From assembly GCA_014905635.1 (NCBI GenBank), contig JABVCE010000023.1:124001-188000 (forward strand): a stretch of 64,000 nucleotides of DNA, written 5' to 3'. This DNA is from Scenedesmus sp. PABB004. Its lineage: Eukaryota. Of the stretch, positions 43,744 to 55,330 are shown piece after piece (position 1 is the stretch's first letter; the number at the start of each line of letters is the position of its first letter). Below the pieces are notes generated by a model, which was not told where the DNA came from, ran no database searches, and worked only from the letters and a program-made list of their open reading frames with translations. Made by a program: the position numbers and the translations under genes.

Positions 43744-46700
43744 ATGCGGCGGCGGCGGCGGCTGGTGGCGCTGCTGCTGTCGGCGGTGGCGCTGCAGCTC
43801 GCAGCCGCGGCAGCGGCCGCCGGTACTGCGCGCCACCCCGGCAACGCCGGCGGCGGGCCGACCCGGAGCCTGCAGCAGAGCCTCGCCAGCCGCGCGTCGG
43901 CGGCGGGCGTGCCGACGGGGCTGACTGCGGCGTTTGCGGGCCTAGCGTCGGGCGTGCGCGCGCCGGGCGCCGCCGGCGGCGGCGCCAACCGCAGCGCGAG
44001 CGGCGGGCCCAACGCCACCGCGCTCGCGTGCCCGCCACCGGACGCGCGCCTGTCGGCGGCGGGGTGCATGTGCGTGATGGACACGTCAACCGCCGGCGCG
44101 CCGCGCCGCGGCGGCGGCGACGCCGCGCGGCCCCGTGCCGGGCCTGCCCCGCCGGCTCGCGCTGCAGCCCCTCCGCCGCGGCGGCCATCGTGGCGGCGGG
44201 CTGGGCGCAGCGCGCGGTCGGCGGCGGCGCCGTCAACTTTACTGTCGGCGAGATGGGGTCGGCGGACGCGCCGTTTGGCATCTGCGTCCCCTGCCAGCTG
44301 GGTGCGTGCGGCCCGCGCCGCCGCGCCGCGGGCGGGGGGCCTGACGCGGGCGCGGCCCCCGTTCCATCGCACGCGGCGCGCCGCCGCCCGCCGCCCGCCG
44401 CACCACGAGCCCCCGCCGCCGCCCGCGCGCAGGCGAGTTCTGCCCGGAGGGCACGCAGGAGGAGTCGTGGCTGAGCCTCTCGACGTGCCAGCTCAGCCCG
44501 CAGGCGTTCACGCCCGACGCCGGCGGCGGCGGCGGCGCGGCGCTGTGCAAGGGCTTCAAGGCCTGCCCCGAGGGCAGCTTCTGCCCCAACGCCTCGCACG
44601 CGCAGCCGTGCGAGCCCGGGCGCTGGTGCCCCGAGGGCAGCGTCGCGAGCGAGAGCTGCAACCTCACGGCACGGGGGCAGCACGCGGGCGGGGGCGTGGG
44701 CGGCGGCGCGGCGACGCGCGCGGCGCTGCGCCCTCAGCCCCGCTCTCCTGCCCCCCTCCTCCTCCCCTCTCCCCGCAGAGCGTGCTGGCCTGGAACCCCT
44801 TCCGCATGGTGCGCACCGAGCCCCAGGCCCTGCTGGAGCGCCTCGCCAGCTCCAACCAGCCGCTTGCGGGCAACTCGTGCCCCGCCAACTCGAGCAACCC
44901 CATCGGTGGCTGCCCCGCGGGCAGCTACTGCCCCAGCTCGGCGCACGTCGAGCCCTGCCCGCCCGGCTACTACTGCCCGGGTGCGCGCAGCGCGCAGCGC
45001 GCAGCGCGCAGCGCGCCCGCCGCCGCCACGGCGCCAGCCGGCGCCCGCCCACGCCGCGCGGCGCCGCGCGCCGGCCGCAGGCTTCACGGCGGCGCCGATC
45101 CGCTGCCCCGCGCTGTCGAGCTGCTACGCGCGCGGCGCGGCGGCGCCCAACTGGTCGTGGCTGGGCCTCGGGCTCATGCTGCTGCTGCTCCTGCTGCTGC
45201 TCGCGGGGCTTGAGTACGTGCGAGTTGTCGGCCGCCGTGACCGCATGGGCACCGCGCACGAGGATGAGGTGATGCAGCTGCTCAAGGCAGTCGGCTTCCA
45301 GGTGCGGCGGCGCCGCGCGTGCCGCCGCGGCGCGCGCGGCGGCGGCGCCCGCGGCCGCGCCCGCGCCCGGCCCGCGCCCCGCGCCCGCCCGCGCGCCCAC
45401 GCGGCCGCGCGCCTGCCGCCTGCGCCCGGGCGCAGATGGTGGGCACGGGGGAGGACATGGCAGTGGTCAAACGGGCAAAGAAGGAGCCGGCCAAGGCCCG
45501 CTCCTTTGCGCGCTCGCTCAGCAGCGGCCTCAAGCGCATCACCAGCGGCGGCGGCCGCGGCGGCGACGACGCCGGTGCGCCGGGCAGCCGCTCCTTTGTG
45601 CGCTCGCTCAGCAGCGGCCTCAAGCGCATCGCCAGCGGCACCCGCGGCGGCGACGCGAGTGCGCCGGGCGGCCACGGCAAGCCTCCGGGCGTCCCCGGCC
45701 CGGTGGCGGAGGGGCGCGAGGCGCACGCCGACGTGGAGCTGGGCGGCGCCGGCGGCGGTCCCGACACGCTGCGGCGCGGCAGCGGCGCTGGCGGCGCCGG
45801 CGGCGACCAGGCGGCCCTGTCGCCGGTCGGCAGCACGAGCGGCCGGTGGAGCGTCGACGCGGGCGGCGACGGCGCCGACGGCACGCAGCGCGCGCGCAGC
45901 GCGCGCTGGGCGCGCCTGGGCAGCCGCACCGCGAGCCTGGGCGGCTCGCGCCGCGAGGCCGGCGGCAGCGGCGGCGGCGGCGTTGTCGCTGGCGACGGCG
46001 ACGAGGGCAGCCAGTACCAGGTCAACCCCCGGCTGACCCTGGTCTTCAGCGACGTCTGGGTCGCCGACCGCTCGATGCAGCAGAGCGCCCTCTCACGCGC
46101 GGCCGGCCGGCTGCGCGGCCGCGGGGGCGACAAGGCCGCTGACGGCGGCGCCAAGGGCGCAGACGGGAGCGCGAAGGGCGCCGACGGCGGCGCCAAGGCG
46201 GCGGCCGGCGGCGCCGCGTCGGCCAACGGCAGCGCCAACGGCAGCGGCCACGCGCGGCACCACCAGGGCAGCCACCACCACGGCGGCCACCACCACGCCG
46301 CGGCCACCACCGCCACGGCGGCCACCGCCGGCCACCACCGCCACCACGGCCACCGCCACCACTTCCACCTCCACCACCGCCACTTCCACCTCCACCTCCA
46401 CCGGCGCGGCGGCCGGCACCCGGGCGCGCCGGCGGGCGGCGTGGTGGACGCGGCGCAGCGCGCGCGCGACGCCGCGCTCGACGCCGCGGCGGCGGCGGGC
46501 GCCAAGTTCATCGTGCCCGGCGTGAGCGGGCGCTTTGCGCACTCGAGCCTGCACGCAATCATGGGCCCGAGCGGGTGCGGCAAGACGAGCCTGTGCAAGG
46601 CGCTCGCGGGGCGGCTGCCCATGGAGCGCATCGTCGGCGACATCCGCATGCGCTGCAGCAGCGCGGCCGACGGCTTTGGCAGCGAGAGCGAGGTCGCGGT

Positions 46701-49700
46701 GACCGGCCTCGCGTCGGGTGTGGTCGCAAACCTCGCATACATGACCGGCTTCGTCCCCCAGTTTGACCTGCTCCACGAGAGCCTCACCGTGAGCGAAAAC
46801 CTCGAGGTCGCCGCGCGGCTGCGCCTGCCGAGCGACGCGGGGCTCCCGCCCGCCGCGCAGCACGGCGCGGGGCACAGGTGCAGCGCGGGCGACGGCGCGG
46901 CGGCCGTGCTCGACGCGGCGGCGCACGGCGACGCGCACGGCGCGCACCACGTGCACGAGCACGACTTTGGGCACGGCCACCACCGCGAGCACGTGGTCGC
47001 GGTCGCGGCGGCCAAGGTCAAGCGCCTGCGCGAGCGCGAGGTGCGGAGCGTGGTGGATGAGGTCATTTCGCTCATGGCCCTGGAGAAGATCATGCACTCG
47101 GTGAGCCCCGCGGGCGGACCAGGCGGCGGGAGGGGGGGGGAGAGGTCCAGCGGCAGGGAGGGAGGCGTGGACCAGGCGCCGCGCCGCGCCGCGCCGCGCC
47201 GCGCGCGCCTCCCACGCCGCCGCCGCGACGCGCGCCGCCGCGGCGCGCAGGTCGTGGGGTCGACCGAGTCGCGCAAGATCTCGGGCGGCCAGCGCAAGCG
47301 CGTCGCGATCGGCGTGGAGCTCGTGGCGCGGCCGTGCCTGTTGTTCCTGGACGAGCCGACGAGCGGGCTGGACGCCGCGGTCGCGGCGGACGTGGTCGAC
47401 GCGCTCAAGGCCAGCAGCGGGCGCGGCATGAACGTCCTCGCCGTCATGCACCAGCCGCGGTGCGCGCGGCGCGGCGCGGCGCGGGACGCGGGGCGCGGGG
47501 CGCGGGGCGCGGGGCGCGGGGCGAGCGCCGCGCCGCACACACCGCTGGCCGCTGACACCCCACAAACACCCACACCCACGCCCACGCACACACCACCCAC
47601 ACACCACCCACACCCACACACCTTTGCGCCCACCCATGCGCCCACGCGCCCGCACCCACGCACGACCCCCCTCCCTGTGCAGGTGCTCCATCTTCAACAC
47701 CTTCGACTCCTGCTTCCTGCTGAGCGGCGGGGGCCACGTCGTGTACGCGGGCCCGCAGCGCCTCGCGGGCGCCTTCCTCGACTTCCTCGGCTTCCACTCG
47801 CCGCCGGGGGAGAACGCGGCAGACTTCCTGCTCGACGTCATCACGGGTGCGTCACTTTTTTGTGTTATTTTTGTCATTATCATTGCATGCACGCGCGCGC
47901 GTGTGAGATGACGCCGCCGCCGACCCGCGCTGCCGCGACGGCGGCGTCACGGGCGCGGCCAGCCGCCCGCCCGCCACCGCCGTCGCCCGCGCCCGTGCCC
48001 GCCGCCAGGCACGGTGCGGCGGCCCGGGGACCCTGACTACATTCCCAGCCAGCTCGCGCTGCTGTGGAACAAGTGCGGCGCCATCTGGATCGCCAGCCAG
48101 CTGCGCAAGGAGCGCGCCGCGGCGGCGGGCGGCGGCGCGGGCACGGTCGCGGCGCCCGCCGGCGGCGGCGCGCTCGCGTCCGCGCCGAGCCTGCCCGCGC
48201 CCGGCGGCGAGGGCGGCCCGACCAGCGGCCCGCTCAGCGGCCCGCTGCCGGCGGGCGGCGCGCCGGCGGCGGCCGCGTGCGACTGGCCGTGGCGGCCGCG
48301 CGAGCTCGAGGCGCTGCTGTCGCGCTTCAACCTGCTCGTCGACGCCAAGCGCGCGAGCCACGGCGCGGCCGGGCCCGGCAGCCACCACCACGGCGGCGCG
48401 GACGAGCACGACGACGTGCTCAGCTACGAGGGCTTCCTGGGGTTTTGGGAGCACAGCGGGCTCAACCACATGCTCAGCGAGGTGCGGACGCGCCGGGCGC
48501 GGCGGTCGCGGCGCCCGGCGGCACGGGCGCGGCGCCCGGCGGGGCCCGCGCCGCCGCCTGCCCGGCGTCCGCTGACCGCGCCGCTGCGTCGCCGCGCCGC
48601 CGCGTCGCCCCACGCTGTGCGCCGCAGGCGCAGTATGCCGCGTTCATCGCGGGCGTGTGCGACGACTTTGGCGTGCACCCGGGCACCCACATCAGCCAGG
48701 CTGAGTTTATGGGCGTTATCAAGGCCCAGATGCGCGCCGCGGCGGGCCTGCCGCCCGTGCCCGAGGCGACGCCCGAGCCCGCGGCGCCGGCGCCGGGCGG
48801 CGCGCAGGCGGGCGCCCGCGGCGCCGGCGGCGCGCCGCCCGAGGCCGGCGGCGCGCTGCGGGCGGCGTCGCTGGATGAGGAGGCGTCGCCGTTTGCCGCC
48901 GCGGCGCCGCCGGCCGGCGGCGACGCGGCGGGCGGGCAGCAGAGCGCGGCGCTGCAGCGCTTCCGCATGGCCGGCCGCGCCGTGATCGAGCAGCTGGGCG
49001 GCTCGGTGCGCGACGGCGGCCCCGGCTCGGCGACGCCGGGCGGGGCGGCCGGCGGCGGGTGGTCGGCGTTCCTCGCCAGCGCGCACCTCGGCGCGACGCC
49101 CAAGGACCGCACCATGGGCGCGCTGATGGACCTGCTGCTCCACGAGCACAAGGATGAGCTGGAGCAGGGCGAGCCCGGCGCGCCGCTCCACGCCGCCGAC
49201 GCCGCGGCGTCCGCGGCGCCCGCGGCGGCGGCCGGCGCCGCGGCGGGCGCGCCGGCCGCGCCCGGCGGCGCCGCCGCGACCGCCGCGGCGGCCGCCGCGG
49301 CGGCGGCGGTGTCGTCACGGTCGCTGCCGGGGCTGTGGTACCAGCTCGGCGTCGTCGTGCGGCGCAGCGGGCGCAAGTGGGTGTCCGCGCGCACCGCGCT
49401 GATGACCGACCTCGTGCTCACAGCCTTTCTCGGCCTCGCGCTCGGCGCGGCGCAGGGGCGCACCAACCGCCCCGCCGACAGGTGCGGCGCGGCGGCGGCG
49501 GCGGCGGCGGCGCGCCGCCCGGGCGGCCGGCGTCGCTCGTGGCGGCTCGGGCGCGGCGCGGGGCTGGCGCTCCCTCCAGGCCCCGCCCCGCCTCGGCGCT
49601 CCTGAAACCCCGCTCCTCAACCCCCGCCGCCGCGCCGCCCCCTGCAGCGTGCTGTGGCTGCTGATCATGCTGCTGGCCTTTGGCTGCATGACCCTCGCGC

Positions 49701-51245
49701 GCAGCATCCACACCTTTGGCGAGGAGCGCTTCCTGTACCTCCAGCAGGAGAGCCAGGTGAGGGTTTAGGAGGAGAGGGCAGAGAGGGTTTAGAGGGAGCA
49801 GAGCGAGGGAGCAGAGTCGAGCACACCCGCCCGCCGCACGGCGCGGGGCTGCCGCGCCCGCGCGGGCTGCCCCGACCCGTGCTGAGCCCCCGGCGCGCGT
49901 GTGCCCGCGCCCGCAGGCGGGCGTGTCGGTGACGGCGTGGGTGGTCGGGCACATGCTGTTTGACGTCGTCGGCCTGCTCCTGCACCCGGCGCTCTTCTTT
50001 GCGTGGTGCGCGCCCGCGCCGCCGCCGCCGCGGCCGCCGTCGCGCCGCCGCGGCCGCCGCCGCTGCGCCGACACGCCGCGCCCCTGACACGCCGCGCTGT
50101 GCCGCCGCGTGCGCGTGCCAGGCTGTACGTCGTCACGCTTTCCCCCGTGCCGCCGCTGACCTACTACTCAACCATCGTGGTGGTCGGCTGGTACGCGAGC
50201 GGCATGGGCTACCTGGTGCGCGCCCCCGCGCCGCGCCGCGCCGCGCCGCCCGCCGCCTGCGCGCCGGGGGAGGCGCGAGCGCGCCGCCGCCGCCGCCGAC
50301 GCCCGCCGCCGCGGCGCGGCGCGCAGGTGTCGCTCGCGTGCGCGCCCAAGAACGCGCTCATCGCGGGCCTCGCCGCGGCGCTGCTGCTCGGCGGCGTGGC
50401 CAACGGCGTCAAGCCGGAGCTCTGGCGCCTCCCGGCCTACCACCCCCTCACCTGGCTCGACCAGCTCTCATACACGCGGTGCGCACAGCAGCAGCAGCGG
50501 CGGCGCCTGCGCACCGTGGCCTGCGCGTGGGCGAGCCCCGCTCGGCGGCCCGCCTCGCCGACGCCGCCACCGCGCCGCGCGCGCCGCCCCGTGTCCGCGC
50601 GCGCGCGCAGGTGGGGCCTTCAGGCACTCTACGTCGCGTGGCTGACGCCCGCGCCGGCGGAGCAGGCCCCCGCGACCGCGGCGTTCCTGGCGAGCCTGGG
50701 GTTCTGCGGGCTGGACCCCGCGCTGCTGCAGTCGCTGCAGGCCTCGACCGAGCCCACCGACACCGCGAGCCTCAGCGACAGCAACGGCGGCAGCGGCAAC
50801 GGCACCAGCGGCCTCGAGAACACGGCGCAGTGGTGGCGCCTGAGCAGCGCCGACCGCTCGACCGCCATGGCGGCCGCCGCGCGGCGCGCGCACGCCTCAG
50901 CAAAGGGCGAGGCGCGCACGACCGCTGCCGCCGCGGCCGCGATGACGCAGCTGTGGGACTATTACAACCACCCGGGTGCGGCGGCAACAGGGGCGCAGCG
51001 AGGGAGGCCGCGCCGCCGCCCGCCTGCGCGCCGCGCCTGTGCGGCGCGGCGGTGCCCGCCGCAGCCCCGCCCGTCTCACGCGCCCGCGCCCACCCGCGCC
51101 CGCGCCGCGCGCAGCCAACCTGGCCAATGACTGCCGCAGCGCCGAGCTGCTCGCGTACGGCGTGCTGGTGGCGCTCGGGCTCGGCTGCCGCGTCGGGGTG
51201 TGGTGCCTCGTCAAGTGGAAGGTCGTGCATAAGAGCAACCAGTGA
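43744..51245 (+). CDS. ABCG: ABCG (White-like) half transporter with signal peptide, Cys-rich ectodomain and extra TM before the NBD (plant ABCG24/ABCG28/NAP12-like architecture)
   Basis: Signal peptide; CPEGSFCP/CPAGSYCP/CPPGYYCP repeats; TM WLGLGLMLLLLLLLLAGL; Walker A GPSGCGKT, Q-loop FVPQFD, signature ISGGQRKR, Walker B LFLDEPTSGLD, H-loop MHQPR, ENAADFLLD; C-terminal TM domain with FGEERFLYLQESQAG. Confidence 0.93.
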
Positions 51246-51787
51246 CCTCGGCGTGGCTGTGTCGCGGCGGAGCGCTGCCGGGAGCGTGGGCTGAGCAGGG
51301 CGGGGCGGCGAGAGGAGGGAAAAGGGGGGCATTTTTTGTGGCACGCTGCGCTCCTGAACTGTTGCACGTGCGGGGCCGTGAAACCGCCGCAGCGTCGGCG
51401 GCGGGCAGCACGCACGAGCTGACTGCGCTCGCACCCGCGGCGGCAGGGCAGGACCTTGACGCTCATGCCGCCTGCTGCAGCACGGCCCAGCAGCCACCAC
51501 CACCCTCACCACAGCCCAGCCCGTAGCCAATCCGAGAGCTGCCGCGCGGCGGCGCTGAAACCCTGGCCAAGGGCGCCGCGCGCCGGCGGCGCCCCCGGCT
51601 GGCAATCCCCGCCCCCGCCCCCGTTCACCACACGCACGCGCGCGTTCTGTTCTGTGCAGCCCCCACAGCAGCACGTGCCGTGCGCTCCCGTTCCGCCCTC
51701 CCCGCGCCCCTCGGCTGACGCGCGTCCCCTCCCTCGGCCAGCTGCTGTGCGCTGCCATCCATGCCAGATGGCCGGCCCGCCAGCTCG

Positions 51788-52171
51788 CTAGCTGTACGCG
51801 GCCATCATGTCTGGCCGGAAGCTCGCGACCGCCCACTGCATGCGCGCGACCTGGTTGGGCGTGAACACGAGGCAGCACACGTCGGGGAGGTACGACATGA
51901 TGTTGAACACGTTGTCCACGCGCCCCGGCTGCTTGCACGAGTTGAACGGCAGCAGCTCCGACGGGGGCGGCTTCTTGCCGGTGCGGAAGTCGCTGCACCA
52001 GCCCGCGAGGTCGGCGGTGAGGCCCGCCGCCTCGGCCCAGGTGTCGGTCTGTTCGTTCATTGGCGTGTCGGGCACGCTGTCGGCCTTGCCCATGCCGTCG
52101 CCGTCGCAGGGCGAGCCGTCGGTGGACTCGTGGGTGTGCATGAGGCCCATGTAGTGCGCGAGCTGCGCGGC

Positions 52172-52213
<42 letters not shown>

Positions 52214-54914
52214 TTGGGGTGAGGGTGTGTTTCAATGGTGTGTGAGTGTGTGTGTGTGAGAGTGTGTGTGTGAGAGAGGGAGAGAGAGAGAGGGAGAGAG
52301 AGGGAGAGAGAGGGAGAGCCAGCGCCGCGGGCGCGCGCACCTCGTGCGCGAGCGTGACGCCGCCGCCGTCCCAGAAGCGGGCGCTGTTCTTGATGTTGGG
52401 GTTGAACTGGTCCCAGCTGTGGTGGGTGGGTGTGTGTGTGTGAGGGGGGTGTGAGCGAGGGGAGGGGAGGGGGGCACGGGCCAGGCGTCGCGCCGCGCAC
52501 GCACAGTCTCACGCACAGTCTCACACACGGTCTCACACACAGTCTGCCACACAGTGTCTCACCTGATGAACAGCCAGTTCTCATCCGCCGCGTCCTCCTT
52601 CCACGTGGGCGAGGGGTTAGCAAACCACGGCCCCATCGCGCGGCTGTAGCCCATGTACACGCGCTCGCACACGGGCGGCGCGTTGTCGCCGCAGAAGCCG
52701 GCGGAGGGGTCGGGCGAGCCGCCGACAAAGACGTTGACCACGTGCTTCGCCGAGAGCGCCGCGACCTCCGGGAAGCTGCGGAGACGGGGCGGGGCGCGGG
52801 CGGGCGGGCGCGGAGGCTCAGTCAGGGAGGGAGTGAGGGGAAGGCTCTGGGGCGGCCGAGCGTGCGGCGAGCCTGGGGGCAACAACGCGCGCGTCGGAAC
52901 AGCAGCGCCGCACGCACCGCGCCGACTCTGTGAGGCAGGGGAAGCCCTTGCGCTCCTCGCGCGGGTTGGCGGTGCACATCTGCCAGTCGTCCAGCGAGGC
53001 GAGCATCAGGTATGGATGCTTCTTCACGTCATGACGCACCTCCTGCAGCTTGAACCTGCGGCGGCGCGGCGCGGGGGCGGTGGTCGGCCGCGGGTCAAGC
53101 GCGGGTCGGGCGCGCGCCTGCGCCCAGGGCGGGCGCAGTGCGGCGGGGGGGGGGGCTCACTGGATGCCGGTGTCTGCGTAGAACTTGTTGGTGATGGCGA
53201 TGATGTTGGCCGCCGACTGCTCCGGGTTCCACATCGGCGGCTGCAGCAGCTCGCCCTGCATGAAGCGCTGGCCTGGCGGCGGCAGCCGCGGCGCGGGGCA
53301 GGGGCGGGCGGGGCCAGGGCGAGGGGCGGCAGCGGGTGAGCTGCGGGCGGCGCGCCCGGGCGCGGGCGCCCCGGCGGCGCGGCGCCGCGCTGCGCGCCGG
53401 CGGGCGGGCGGCCGGGCGGGCTGGCGGGTCCGCACAGTGGAAGACCACGGGCACAGTAATGGGCTTGAACACCACGCCGCTGTGCACAAACCGGCCCAGC
53501 TTCTGGTCCTCGCACGACGCCAGGCTGGCCTTGGCGCCCGCCGGCATGGACATGCCTGGCGGCCGGGCGGGTCGGGGCGGGTCGGGTCGGGTCGGGTCGT
53601 GTGCGGTCGGCGCGGCGCGGCGCGGCGCGGCGCGGCGCGCCGGCAGGCCCGCCCGCGCCGCGGCGCGTGCGCTCGCGGTCGCGCACCCGTGAGGCCGGAG
53701 GGGCTGAAGGGCGAGATTGAGCAGAGCATGTTCTGCAGGTCCTCCTCGGGGCTCTTGGTCGGCAGCGGGGCCTTGCCCTCCTCAATCACCGGGATCGCCG
53801 CCGCGGTGCCCGACAGGCGCCGCCCGAGCGCGCCGGCGAGGCGCCACCCGAGCGCGGAGAGGCGGCGCCCCGCGCCGCCGGGGCCCTCCAGCAGCTCCGC
53901 CGTGCTCGCGCCCTGCGTGCGCGCGTGCGCGCGTAGGCGGCGGTGCGCGCCCGGCGCCCGCGCCGCCTGGCCGCGCGGCGGGCCCGCGTGGTGCGAGCGC
54001 TGCCGCGCACCTCGGTCGCGCGCGGCGGCGGCAGGGACTTGAGCCCCGGGTGGTCGTAGGTCGAAATGGTGCTGTACCAGGCGTTGAGGTTTGTGACGTT
54101 GATGAGCCGGTTGACCTCGCCCTGCAGCACGTCCGGGGGGACGTCCGACACCGTGATGACGCCGCCCGCCGCAAACTGGCGCAGCAGGCGCAGCAGCGCG
54201 GTGCTGCGGCTGTAGCGCAGGTACGAGAGCACGTGGCGGCTGACGCGGACGAACTTTGAAAAGTCGACGTCGACGGCAAAGCCGTTTGCGCGCAGCGCCT
54301 CGGCGAGGCGGCGCAGAAAGGCGGCGGTCATGTCGTCGGTGATGAGCAGCGCGTCCTCAGAGAACGTGTAGAAGCTCTTGACCGACCCTGCAGCGGCGGC
54401 GGCCCCGGGCGCGGCGGCACGCGTGAGCGGGGAGCAGAGCGGAACGGGCGGAGGGCGGGGCGGCGGCGGCGGCGCGCGAGGCGAGGCGAGGCGCGGCCGC
54501 CGCCGAGCGCGCACCCGGCGTGTTGGCGGCGGCGATGAGCTTGGCCGCCTCCGGGCTGCCCAGCGGCGGCAGCTGCGTCAGGTTGCGGCCGTTGAGCAGC
54601 GCCGCGCCGCGCGCGCCCGGCTGCGCGTCGCCGCGCTCCGTGGCCGGCGCCGGCGCCGGTGCGTCGCCGCCGCCGCCGCCGCCGCCGCCCTGGCGCGCGC
54701 GCGTGCCGATGAAGTAGCCGGCAATGATGCCCACCGCCACCAGGCTGGCGCCCAGCAGGGCGAAGAGCGCGATGCGCCGCGCCTTGGCGCGCTGCGCCGC
54801 CGTCTCTGCGCGCGGGCAGCGGCGGGCGGCAGCGGCGCCGGTTACGCGCGCGCTCCGCGCGGTTGCAGCCGCCGCGACGGGCCGGTGCGGGCGAGAAGCT
54901 GGTTTGAGCGCCAT
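51788..54914 (-). CDS. Membrane-anchored M43 (pappalysin/ulilysin-type) metzincin protease
   Basis: TLAHE/LAHYMGLMHTHE (HExxHxxGxxH, split by intron 52163-52340), DSVPDTP, Met-turn NIMSY, FTPNQVARM; N-terminal TM IALFALLGASLVAVGIIAGYFIG; ITVPVVFH. Confidence 0.9.
52172..52318. repeat. Compound (TG)n/(GA)n microsatellite
   Basis: Fills most of the intron that splits the zinc-binding motif. Confidence 0.95.
52499..52560. repeat. Intronic ~12-bp tandem repeat (ACACACAGTCTC-like) x5
   Basis: acgcacagtctc acgcacagtctc acacacggtctc acacacagtctg... just inside a donor site. Confidence 0.8.
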
Positions 54915-55330
54915 GCGGGCACCACGCCGCGCCCCCTCCGCGCCAGGCAGAGCGCACCGAAGAGCGCCATGCTGGCTGCGCCGGCTCAGCCGGCCCGCCA
55001 GGCGCTCGCGCAGACGGTCACGCCGATCCGGGCCGCCTCGGCGATTGCGGGAGGCGCGACGGCCGAGCCAAATCCGGGCGATCGCACTCAGTTCTGCGAC
55101 CTTCCTTGCAGCTCCGCGGCGCTGCGCGGGCGCGCTGCAGGCCCGGCACGTCTTCCCGCGCGGCGGTGATCAAACGCGAGTGCGAAGGCCACCGCCGCGG
55201 GCCGCAGTAGGGCGGTCACCGCAGGCGTGCCGCTGCGCCCTACGCCGCCGCTGCTGCCGCGCCGACGCCGCTCAACCCCGGCCCGCCACGCCCGCTTCAG
55301 GCCCGCTTCGGCCTCCTCCAGAACGCCGCT

